Below, one piece after another: positions 1 to 7,786 of a stretch of 19,137 nt of DNA (position 1 is the stretch's first letter; each line of letters begins with the position of its first letter). Source of the DNA: Candidatus Muiribacteriota bacterium (GTDB lineage: Bacteria > Muiribacteriota > Muiribacteriia > Muiribacteriales > Muiribacteriaceae); contig JBNJGP010000051.1 in the NCBI GenBank assembly GCA_051747805.1, positions 1 to 19,137 on the forward strand, in the 5' to 3' direction. Both the position numbers and the translations under genes were made by a program. The notes beneath the pieces were generated by a model. That model did no database searches, was not told the origin of the DNA, and saw nothing but the letters and a program-made list of their open reading frames with translations.

Positions 1-74
1 GACCATTTACTGTTATCGATAGATAACTTTACTATCACCTTTAGGTGATTTTACTAAGCTGAAAGCTTTTTACT
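1..74. repeat. Linker-palindrome array A (truncated by window start)
   Basis: TTTACT at 6, 28, 50 and 69 separates GACCA (half palindrome), GTTATCgataGATAAC (12-27), ATCACCTttAGGTGAT (34-49) and AAGCTgaaAGCTT (56-68). Reverse complement matches 13434-13507 at 69/74. Confidence 0.93.
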
Positions 75-146
75 TTTATGTAAGCCTGACCACAAAAGCT
101 TTTTAAGAAAATTTGCTAAACTCAAATTTAATCTTTTTAAAATATC

Positions 147-551
147 CTATTTTAACGTTATATCAGTTACTTCAGTTGTTTTATTCTCTGCTACTTTAAT
201 CATTTTAAGCATTGTTTTAAAACCCTCTTTTTCAATTACAAGCCAGAAAGAACCTGCTGGCGCATCATTAAAAAGAAACCCGCCATCTCTGTCGGTGTAG
301 GTGATATAAAACTGTCCCTGAGGTCCCTTAACAGCTTTATAGGAAAATTTAGTGTCTGAACGTACTTTTGCCAGAGTTATTTTAATATTCTCACTATCAC
401 TTTTATTTCTAGTTTTTATAAATCCGACAATTTTTCCAGTAGCACATTTTACTTCTGGTTTATAACTATGAAAAAAAGAAAGAACAAAAAATAGAGCAAT
501 TAAAATTATTGCCGCCGCTATACCAATGGTGATAATCCCCTCAATTCCCAT
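147..551 (-). CDS. Membrane-anchored protein with carboxypeptidase-regulatory-like beta-sandwich domain
   Basis: N-terminal hydrophobic helix (IITIGIAAAIILIALFFVLSFF), then GKIVGFIK...TYTDRDGGFLFNDAPAGSFWLVIEKEGFK...IKVAENKTTEVTDITL, the typical pattern of this domain. Confidence 0.7.
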   Translation of the reverse strand: MGIEGIITIGIAAAIILIALFFVLSFFHSYKPEVKCATGKIVGFIKTRNKSDSENIKITLAKVRSDTKFSYKAVKGPQGQFYITYTDRDGGFLFNDAPAGSFWLVIEKEGFKTMLKMIKVAENKTTEVTDITLK

Positions 552-561
552 ATTCTAATCC

Positions 562-1128
562 TTAAAAAAGTATTTTTTCAATATTCATACTTTTAAGCAT
601 TTTATAGAATTTTCTTGCCGGAAAACCTTTCACATTAAAGTAACAACCGTCAATTTTATCAATAAAAATAGCAGCCTTACCCTGCACTCCATAACCACCA
701 GCCTTATCAGTCCATTCATTCTGTTCAACATAATATTTTATTTCATCTTCTGTCATATCAGAGAATTTAACTCTAGTTTCATCCCAGTCTGTTAAATATT
801 TTCCGTTATAACGTATTGTTATGCTGGTAATTACCCTGTGCCAGTTTCCCGCAAGAGTTTTCATAAAATCCATGGCCTCTTCTTTATGAGAAGGTTTACC
901 AAGTATGTTATTATTGAAAACTACTATAGTATCGGCACCAATAACTATTTCATCCAGTGAATTAATGGAATTTTCAGATTTCATCTCAGAAAGTTTACAG
1001 GCAAATTTTACAGGGTTTTTTTCTGAAATATTTTCATCAATATCTGCCGGTCTTACCTGTGGATATATACCAATTCTTTTAAGAATTTGAAGTCTTCTCG
1101 GAGATTTAGAAGCAAGTATGATTTTCAT
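562..1128 (-). CDS. maf: Maf-family nucleoside triphosphate pyrophosphatase (YhdE-like)
   Basis: IILASKSPRR, IDE, IGADTIV, LGKP and DKAGGYGVQG motifs; 188 aa. Confidence 0.96.
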   Translation of the reverse strand: MKIILASKSPRRLQILKRIGIYPQVRPADIDENISEKNPVKFACKLSEMKSENSINSLDEIVIGADTIVVFNNNILGKPSHKEEAMDFMKTLAGNWHRVITSITIRYNGKYLTDWDETRVKFSDMTEDEIKYYVEQNEWTDKAGGYGVQGKAAIFIDKIDGCYFNVKGFPARKFYKMLKSMNIEKILF

Positions 1129-1134
1129 AATAAT

Positions 1135-1398
1135 TTAACTTTCAAATGGTATTTTTTTAGTAGGAATAATTGTTAATAAGGAACTTTTATATACAAGATT
1201 AATTTCAGGTTTAGTATTAGGTTCAACTTTTTTACCCAACCTTTTTTTTACAAAGATTTCTATAGTAAACTGGTCAAAACTCATTACAGTTCCTTTTAGA
1301 ATCAATCCGTTCTTTAAAAAAAAAGTTAAAGGAATTTTTTTTCTTCTTGATGTATTAATTATATGATCCTGTGCTTTTGTTGAAAAAACTTTTTCCAT
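1135..1398 (-). CDS. hfq: Divergent Hfq-like Sm-fold RNA chaperone
   Basis: AQDHIINTSRRKKIPLTFFLKNGLILKGTVMSFDQFTI aligns with Hfq Sm1 ([38 protein letters not shown]); LVYKSSLLTIIP aligns with Sm2 (MVYKHAISTVVP). ATG at 1398 preferred over TTG at 1410 because GGGG lies just upstream. Confidence 0.8.
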   Translation of the reverse strand: MEKVFSTKAQDHIINTSRRKKIPLTFFLKNGLILKGTVMSFDQFTIEIFVKKRLGKKVEPNTKPEINLVYKSSLLTIIPTKKIPFES

Positions 1399-1422
1399 AA
1401 AAATCCCCAATTAAATCTATTT

Positions 1423-2418
1423 TTACCACAAACCATTATAGCTGTTTTCACCAGTTTTTTCAAGCAAAAAATTCACAAAAACAGGGTCGGCTCCAAAACG
1501 CAGGGCATCATTAAAAGCTTCTATTGCCTCATCAGTTCGGCCAAGTTTCCCATAAATATGTCCCTTTTTATGATAAAGCTCTCCTCTTTCGGGTTGCAGT
1601 TTTATTGCTTTTTTTAAAAACTGAAGTGAATTTTGATAATTTTCTTCCATATAATAAATTGTTGCTATATCATAATATATATTATCTTCCTGTAAGTAAT
1701 CAAAGGTTTCTATTACATTTTCAAGCTCCTGAGTCTCACGCGAAAAGGATTTTTCATTATCGCAATAATCCATAACAAAAATATATCTGTCTCTTACAGT
1801 AACAAACTGTTTATACTGCATTTTCACTTCCTTTCCCGACCGGGTGAAAACAAAATTATTAGCAAATCTCCAGTAAAATCTTATACCGTTAAAATATTCA
1901 ATATCATTTTCAAAACCAATATATAATTTGAAATTTCTAATCAGAAAATCTTTAATATATTCTTTAAACTTATCATCATCTACAAAAATGCTTTCTGGAA
2001 TATTTTCATAGGGTCCATAAATAAAAAGACGAAACTTTTTATCATCTGCACCCGGGTCCATAGTTCTGGAAATCTGAATAATTGGCTTTGTATCGTATTT
2101 ATCTTCAATAAAATACCAGTTCTGATCAGGTTTGCTTAGTTTAAATCTGTGCTTGAAATTTGTATATATATTATTTTTAACACCGGTAACTGTTTGTTTA
2201 AGTAAAACAGCTTCAATCTCTTCAGCCGGAAGCTCCAGGATTTCATCTATTGTTCCATCAGCATGATAAGTATTTATAAGATAATACTCTTGTTTACGAT
2301 TATACTCCATCAACTCGCCCTCAACTAATGAGCCATTTTCAAGAATGAACGTTTCACCCTCAACAGAGTATAAAAAAACAAACAAACAAATTAATATAAT
2401 AGTTAAAGATTTTTTCAT
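1423..2418 (-). CDS. Exported tetratricopeptide-repeat protein
   Basis: Signal-peptide-like N-terminus (MKKSLTIILICLFVFLYS); C-terminal TPR pair (YYDIATIYYMEENYQNSLQFLKKAIKLQP / LYHKKGHIYGKLGRTDEAIEAFNDALRF). Confidence 0.8.
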   Translation of the reverse strand: MKKSLTIILICLFVFLYSVEGETFILENGSLVEGELMEYNRKQEYYLINTYHADGTIDEILELPAEEIEAVLLKQTVTGVKNNIYTNFKHRFKLSKPDQNWYFIEDKYDTKPIIQISRTMDPGADDKKFRLFIYGPYENIPESIFVDDDKFKEYIKDFLIRNFKLYIGFENDIEYFNGIRFYWRFANNFVFTRSGKEVKMQYKQFVTVRDRYIFVMDYCDNEKSFSRETQELENVIETFDYLQEDNIYYDIATIYYMEENYQNSLQFLKKAIKLQPERGELYHKKGHIYGKLGRTDEAIEAFNDALRFGADPVFVNFLLEKTGENSYNGLW

Positions 2419-2492
2419 AGTTTAATAATTATTCGACAGATTTTATTAATTATATTAGTAAAAAACTAAATTTCGAATTGTTTAAAATGTTT

Positions 2493-2723
2493 TTATTCCT
2501 GTCTGAACTGACCAAGCAGTTTGAAATAGTTTTTTGTAGTAATTTCTTTTATTTCCCTGAGATATTTTTTTTCACCTGTAAGCATGTAAAGTTTATTAAG
2601 ACATTTCTGAGCTTCTTCATGCTGATTATTCTTTAAATAAAAGTCTTTAATTGTAATATAACTCTTAACACAATCAGGATTCTTTTTTAATATCTTTTTA
2701 AAATTTCTTATATTGTTTTCCAT
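2493..2723 (-). CDS. Small hypothetical protein with a TPR-like helical pair
   Basis: ILKKNPDCVKSYITIKDFYLKNNQHEEAQKCL resembles a TPR; GAGGGG ribosome-binding site precedes ATG at 2723 (ORF track starts at 2738). Confidence 0.65.
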   Translation of the reverse strand: MENNIRNFKKILKKNPDCVKSYITIKDFYLKNNQHEEAQKCLNKLYMLTGEKKYLREIKEITTKNYFKLLGQFRQE

Positions 2724-2745
2724 AGTTACCCCTCTCAACTACGTT

Positions 2746-2771
2746 AAAAAGGCGGGCAAACCCCGCCTTTT
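2746..2771 (-). terminator. Intrinsic terminator after the S8 peptidase (potentially bidirectional)
   Basis: AAAAAGGCGGG-caaac-CCCGCCTTTT: GC stem with a T tract on either strand, about 30 bp past the peptidase stop. Confidence 0.88.
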
Positions 2772-2800
2772 ATTTTTTATTAATTATTAACTTAACAGAT

Positions 2801-4360
2801 TTACTTTATTAGTTCAAATATTTCAAAAAGATTAATATCTTCATTGGCTACCTGAAGCAAAACCTCGTTAGCATAAGAATTATTATTAATATAATCAACA
2901 ATATCGTCAACTATATCATCTTTTCTCTGAATCATGTTCAGATATTCTCTTTCAGCTTCTATTGAATCATCAAGTGTTTCGGCACGCTCCACAATCGCAT
3001 TTCTAATAGCATCATACTGATAAATTTTAGATTTAAACTCATTTTTACCAGTAACCGCAGCAACTGCAGCATACGCATCTATCCTTCCATGACCATATTG
3101 ATTATTTACCCCGTCACTTCCAAGGTCAAGAGCAGTTTCCTTTAAAACTCTTTTAATCTCTTCAATACTTAGATTTGGATTTGCTTCCAGCAAAAGAGCT
3201 ATAACTCCTGTAGTATTAGGAGATGCCATTGAAGTTCCATCAACACCAGCAAGTTTATCATTATAATAAGAAATAACACTTACACCAGGAGCCATAACAT
3301 CTGGCTTAATATAATCTTCGTCATCCCAGGTTGCAGGACCTATACTTGAGAAACTAGCTTTATTGTCGCTTGAATCAACTGCTCCAATAGAGAAGATTTC
3401 AGGTATATCTGCAGGTGAACCAACTTTGCTCCCAGAGTTTCCAGCAGCAAATACAAGCATAGTTCCAGTTTTTTGAATATTAACAAGAGGTTCTCTTAAA
3501 TGAGGTTGATGTGAACTTGAACCAAGTGAAGCATTTGCAACCTGAACTCCCTTTGACGCAAGCCATTCAAGACCTTTTAATACATTATCAAAGCTAATTC
3601 CTCCATCAGCATCCATACATCTTGCAAAATAAAGGTCTGCTTCTGGAGCAACACCAATATTTCCTTCAAAATGACCAACTTTAGTCCAGGACCACCATGA
3701 CTGCTGATAAAGATCATCATTTACATAATCGCCTACAACTGTTCCAGCAACATGGGTTCCATGACCATTATCATCATGATATTCATCAGGGTCACCGGCA
3801 AAATTCTTACCACCAAGAAGTTTACCTTCAAAAATATCAAGATTATAGTTGATACCTGAATCAATAACACCTGTTACAACGTTGTTACCTTTAATACCAA
3901 AATCTTTCCACACACGGTCAACATTCATTGTTTTTAATCCATATACAAGCCCGTCGCCATCTGTAGCTCTTGTGTAGATATAAGGTTTGTTCTGATTGAA
4001 AAGCTCCATTTCAGGCACTTCAAAAATTTCTTTAACATCTTCTCTCTGGGAAATCTCTTCAATAAGCTCTACATCAGCATCCATAGCAACCGCATTAAAA
4101 GACCAGAAGCTTTCAATATTTAATTCATCACTTCTTGAACTTAAATCATTTAAAAGACCTTTTTGTGAAGCCTCAGCATTATCTTTTAAATACTGCATAT
4201 AATTTTCACCAGCAATCATAGAAGTATCCTGCATTCTCACAAAAATTCTTTCAACACCTTCGCCAGTTCTTAAAAATTCCTGTACATTTTCACTGTAAAC
4301 ATTAGAAAAACTCAATGAAAACGCGAGCATAAGAACCATAATAATTGTTACTTTTTTCAT
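2801..4360 (-). CDS. Secreted subtilisin-like S8 serine peptidase
   Basis: Signal peptide, I9-like propeptide, catalytic motifs VIDSG, HGTHVAG and GTSMASP, oxyanion AAGN; AAGGAG ribosome-binding site. Confidence 0.95.
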   Translation of the reverse strand: MKKVTIIMVLMLAFSLSFSNVYSENVQEFLRTGEGVERIFVRMQDTSMIAGENYMQYLKDNAEASQKGLLNDLSSRSDELNIESFWSFNAVAMDADVELIEEISQREDVKEIFEVPEMELFNQNKPYIYTRATDGDGLVYGLKTMNVDRVWKDFGIKGNNVVTGVIDSGINYNLDIFEGKLLGGKNFAGDPDEYHDDNGHGTHVAGTVVGDYVNDDLYQQSWWSWTKVGHFEGNIGVAPEADLYFARCMDADGGISFDNVLKGLEWLASKGVQVANASLGSSSHQPHLREPLVNIQKTGTMLVFAAGNSGSKVGSPADIPEIFSIGAVDSSDNKASFSSIGPATWDDEDYIKPDVMAPGVSVISYYNDKLAGVDGTSMASPNTTGVIALLLEANPNLSIEEIKRVLKETALDLGSDGVNNQYGHGRIDAYAAVAAVTGKNEFKSKIYQYDAIRNAIVERAETLDDSIEAEREYLNMIQRKDDIVDDIVDYINNNSYANEVLLQVANEDINLFEIFELIK

Positions 4361-4400
4361 ACTTCACACTCCTTTTTTGTTAAATTTTAAGGTTTGTTTA

Positions 4401-4429
4401 ATTTTAACGTAAAGAATAAGTTTATTCAA
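4401..4429 (-). promoter_or_regulatory. Putative sigma70-type promoter of the peptidase
   Basis: Minus strand TTGAAT-N17-TAAAAT; the AT-rich background lowers specificity. Confidence 0.5.
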
Positions 4430-4449
4430 CATTTTTTTTTTATACATAT

Positions 4450-6297
4450 TCAGGCTAGGGGAAACTCTATTTCTATTTCAAAAAATTTATTTTTTTCAGA
4501 ATCAACTTTAATTTCACCACCGTATTTTGTAACAATACTGTAAACAATATTCAGTCCTAATCCCATTCCCTTGGTTCCTCGAGTTGAAAAAAACGGGTCA
4601 AATATTTTAGATAAATATAATTTATCAATACCAAAGCCAGTATCCCGAATTTTAACTTTAACAACATTTAATCCAGTTATTATTTCAATATAAATTAAAC
4701 CTATAAAACCTGAGTCTGAAATATTTACATTCTGTTTTTCATTTATTGACTGGGCAGCGTTCATAATTAAATTAAAAAACACCTGATAAATTTCATCAAA
4801 ATTTGCCATAATAAGAGCTGGTTTATTTGTGCTTTTATTTATATTAAATTTACAAGTGGGTATTATTTTTGAGTTTATATCCTCTTCAACTTTTAAAATA
4901 ACTTTATCAATATTGATTTTTTTTATCTGGGTGAAATCAAACTTTGAAAATAGTTTAAGATTTTGTATAATTTCTGTAATTCTTTCGCTTGCATTGCTTA
5001 TTGCCTTATTTGATTCTAAAATATTTTTAAACATCTCACATAATTTTTCTTTTTCTATTTTGCCCTGCTCCACTAATTTTTTTAAATCATCACAGGTAAA
5101 ATCAATTAATTCTGTATTACCATAAACTATAGTATTAGGGTTATTTATTTCATGAGTAACGCCCAGATAAAGCTGCCCGAGTGAAGCCATTTTTTCCTGT
5201 TGAAAAACTTTTTTTTCCTCCATTTTATTTTTTTCGTTCATAGCAAAAAAATTAAGAGAGGCAGAAATCTGTTTTTCAAGAATTCTAGCAAAAATGACAT
5301 ACTCCTCTTCAAGTTTATCAACCTCAAAAATCATGTTTCCAAGATATAAATTCAACCATTCAAAATTGAAGTTTAAAACATAGTTTTTTTCATCAAAATC
5401 ATGTTCTTCATATATCCCCTTCATCTTATAATTATCAATACTTTCAAAATATGAATCTGTTTTTTGAAATTTATTATTATTGTAAACAATATAAGAATTA
5501 TGAAAAATATATAAGGAATGTTTGGCTTTGAAAAAGTCGGTAAGAATCTTCAACACATTTTTTATATAATCATTTTTATTTAAATTTGTATAAATAAGAT
5601 GATTTATTAGATTATATATTTTAAAAAAAACAGGGTTTTTATCACTTAAATAAAGTATCCGTTCGCTAATATCATCAATATCCATTATAGGCTTAATATT
5701 AAAAAAATAAATTTTTTCAAAAACAATGGAACTTTCAAGCAGATTTATAATTCCACGGCAAATTTTACCTTCCTTATTAAAATAAAATGATTTATTCAGG
5801 CCCTTATATTTGAGCTCGCCTATAGATTGCTGTGAGTTTTTTCTAAAATAATATTTATCTGAAAAAATCTTACACTTATTATCTCTTCTTTTTTGAAAAA
5901 TAAGCCTATCATTTTCAGTTTCAATTCTTACACATGTATCAGAAGAAAAAAAATGTTCTATATTTTTTTCTAAATACATATTGATAATCTCAAATAAAAT
6001 ATCGTTTTGATACTCATATGAAAAGGCAAAGTTTAAATTTAAATCAGTTTTAATATTTGCAAGATTTTTAACTTCGCCAATAGAATTATAAAAAACAATA
6101 AACTGAATTCCTGCATCGAGTTGCGAAATTTCAAAAACAGTTTTTATTTTGCTTTTAAGCTCATCTCCCTTAATAAAAACAATATTATTATCACAAGCAT
6201 TTATTAATTTTTTGTAATCAGATTCTAAATCAATATACTTAATAATAGAGGAATTTAATTCTATTTTTGATAAAGAATAGTAGTTAACAGATAACAT
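4450..6297 (-). CDS. Cytoplasmic sensor histidine kinase (HisKA + HATPase_c)
   Basis: EKMASLGQLYLGVTHEINNP H-box, QVFFNLIMNA N-box, DTGFGI G1, FDPFFST F-box, GMGLGL G2; no evident transmembrane helix; N-terminal ~350 aa not assignable. Confidence 0.93.
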   Translation of the reverse strand: MLSVNYYSLSKIELNSSIIKYIDLESDYKKLINACDNNIVFIKGDELKSKIKTVFEISQLDAGIQFIVFYNSIGEVKNLANIKTDLNLNFAFSYEYQNDILFEIINMYLEKNIEHFFSSDTCVRIETENDRLIFQKRRDNKCKIFSDKYYFRKNSQQSIGELKYKGLNKSFYFNKEGKICRGIINLLESSIVFEKIYFFNIKPIMDIDDISERILYLSDKNPVFFKIYNLINHLIYTNLNKNDYIKNVLKILTDFFKAKHSLYIFHNSYIVYNNNKFQKTDSYFESIDNYKMKGIYEEHDFDEKNYVLNFNFEWLNLYLGNMIFEVDKLEEEYVIFARILEKQISASLNFFAMNEKNKMEEKKVFQQEKMASLGQLYLGVTHEINNPNTIVYGNTELIDFTCDDLKKLVEQGKIEKEKLCEMFKNILESNKAISNASERITEIIQNLKLFSKFDFTQIKKINIDKVILKVEEDINSKIIPTCKFNINKSTNKPALIMANFDEIYQVFFNLIMNAAQSINEKQNVNISDSGFIGLIYIEIITGLNVVKVKIRDTGFGIDKLYLSKIFDPFFSTRGTKGMGLGLNIVYSIVTKYGGEIKVDSEKNKFFEIEIEFPLA

Positions 6298-7315
6298 AAA
6301 AATTCTCCGGTAAAAAATATTTCAGTTTAACTCTTTTTTTATTAAAAGATAAATCCAGCAATCTTAATCCATAAAAATTAACTTTCTGCGAAAAGTATTC
6401 TAAAACCTCTGATTTTACATTAGAAAAATTAAAAAATTCTGCAAAACTTAGCTTATTCGTTAAAATTTGCTCTATTTTTTCAGAATTGGTCGCAATATTT
6501 GAAAAATTTGATTCAAACTCAATGGTCATATAAAGGTTATCTTCGTTTAAATGGAAATCAACTCTCATATTTAACTGACTTATAAAACTTAAAGAAGTTA
6601 TTATCTGTGCGGTGGTCTGGAAAAAATATCTTAGAAATTCCCTTTCAGTTGCCCAGAAAAAAAGATCCTCCAGAGGATATATTTCAACTTCCAGCTCAAT
6701 ATCATTTTCATCTACCAAATGATTTTTAATATTTTTAACTTCTTTTTTAAAACCAGAGGCTGGGGTAAAGGCAACTTCATAAAAAATATCCGCAAGTTGT
6801 TTCCATCTTTTAAGTAAATCTTCCTTGCTTTTGCATTCAGGAACAAATTTTTCAAACTCGCGAAACTGCAGAAAAAACTGCAGTATATCATATTTATTTA
6901 ATTTTACACTTTGAGAAGTTTTATCAAGCGCATCAAAAGTTTTAATAAAGTTATTGGAATAATAAACTGGTGAAGAAAGGAAAATTTCAATATCTGGAAG
7001 TTCTTTAAAAAGGTTTTTAGTATTATTAACCTCAAGCATCTCTTTTAAAAAGTGACGCATTGTCAAAAAAATCTTTTTATTATTTAATTCTTTTTCATCT
7101 CTTAAAAAAATTAAAAATTTTTCAAACTTTAAAAAAACAGAGGCAAATGAAGGTTCAGCGTAAAACGCTGAAATTGATTTCAGAGAGACAATTTTATCTT
7201 TTAGTGAAAGGTAGTTTTCATAAGTTAGTTCGGTTCCGGCAGTCTTTTCAATTTGTTCTATCAGCTTTGTAACCTGTAGTGAAATATCCTGGATAAATTC
7301 ACTTTGATTATCCAT
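6284..7315 (-). CDS. Hypothetical protein, probable degenerate CheA-like (pseudo-Hpt, eroded ATPase)
   Basis: 343-aa ORF overlapping both neighbours; LKDKIVSLKSISAFY resembles the Hpt helix (typically FRxxHTLKGxAGF) without His; layout parallels 15832-16854. Confidence 0.55.
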   Translation of the reverse strand: MDNQSEFIQDISLQVTKLIEQIEKTAGTELTYENYLSLKDKIVSLKSISAFYAEPSFASVFLKFEKFLIFLRDEKELNNKKIFLTMRHFLKEMLEVNNTKNLFKELPDIEIFLSSPVYYSNNFIKTFDALDKTSQSVKLNKYDILQFFLQFREFEKFVPECKSKEDLLKRWKQLADIFYEVAFTPASGFKKEVKNIKNHLVDENDIELEVEIYPLEDLFFWATEREFLRYFFQTTAQIITSLSFISQLNMRVDFHLNEDNLYMTIEFESNFSNIATNSEKIEQILTNKLSFAEFFNFSNVKSEVLEYFSQKVNFYGLRLLDLSFNKKRVKLKYFLPENFYVIC

Positions 7316-7709
7316 TTTTTATAATAACATCCTTCCACCTGTGTATTCTTTCAACAGCATGATTAACAACCTCAACAATTTCTTTCATTTTAAAAGGCTT
7401 TGAAATAAAATCCACTGCGCCTTTTGCAATACATTCAACAACATTATTTAAATCACTATACGCTGTAACCATTATAATATTACATAGAGGATTGATATCT
7501 TTAATTTTATTTAAAAGTTCAATCCCGTCCATTTTTGGCATTTTTATATCAAGCAGCACTATTTTATAAAGCTCTTTCTGCATAAGGTCCAGAGCTTTTT
7601 CAGGGTCATTAATTGTAACAACATTATTAAACCCTGCCTTTTCAAGATATTTCCTTAGAAGATTTAGAATTTCTTCCTCATCATCAACAAGAAGAATTTT
7701 AATATCCAT
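7308..7709 (-). CDS. Single-domain response regulator receiver protein
   Basis: ILLVDDE, LLDIKMPKMDG, MVTAY, KPF; GAGGTG 6 nt before ATG at 7709 (ORF track starts at GTG 7718). Confidence 0.93.
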   Translation of the reverse strand: MDIKILLVDDEEEILNLLRKYLEKAGFNNVVTINDPEKALDLMQKELYKIVLLDIKMPKMDGIELLNKIKDINPLCNIIMVTAYSDLNNVVECIAKGAVDFISKPFKMKEIVEVVNHAVERIHRWKDVIIKNG

Positions 7710-7748
7710 ATATTTCACCTCGTTTTGTTGGTATAAGATCAGGACATC

Positions 7749-7770
7749 AGGGTGTCGGTTCCGACACCCT
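7749..7770. repeat. REP-like perfect palindrome
   Basis: AGGGTGTCGG-tt-CCGACACCCT just past the PFOR stop; no T tract; related to motifs at 11506-11525 and 13588-13638. Confidence 0.75.
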
Positions 7771-7786
7771 AGATACCTTATTTTTT

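Noticed and set aside
7749..7770. Intrinsic terminator for PFOR
   Set aside because: No T tract follows the stem on either strand; treated as a REP-like palindrome.
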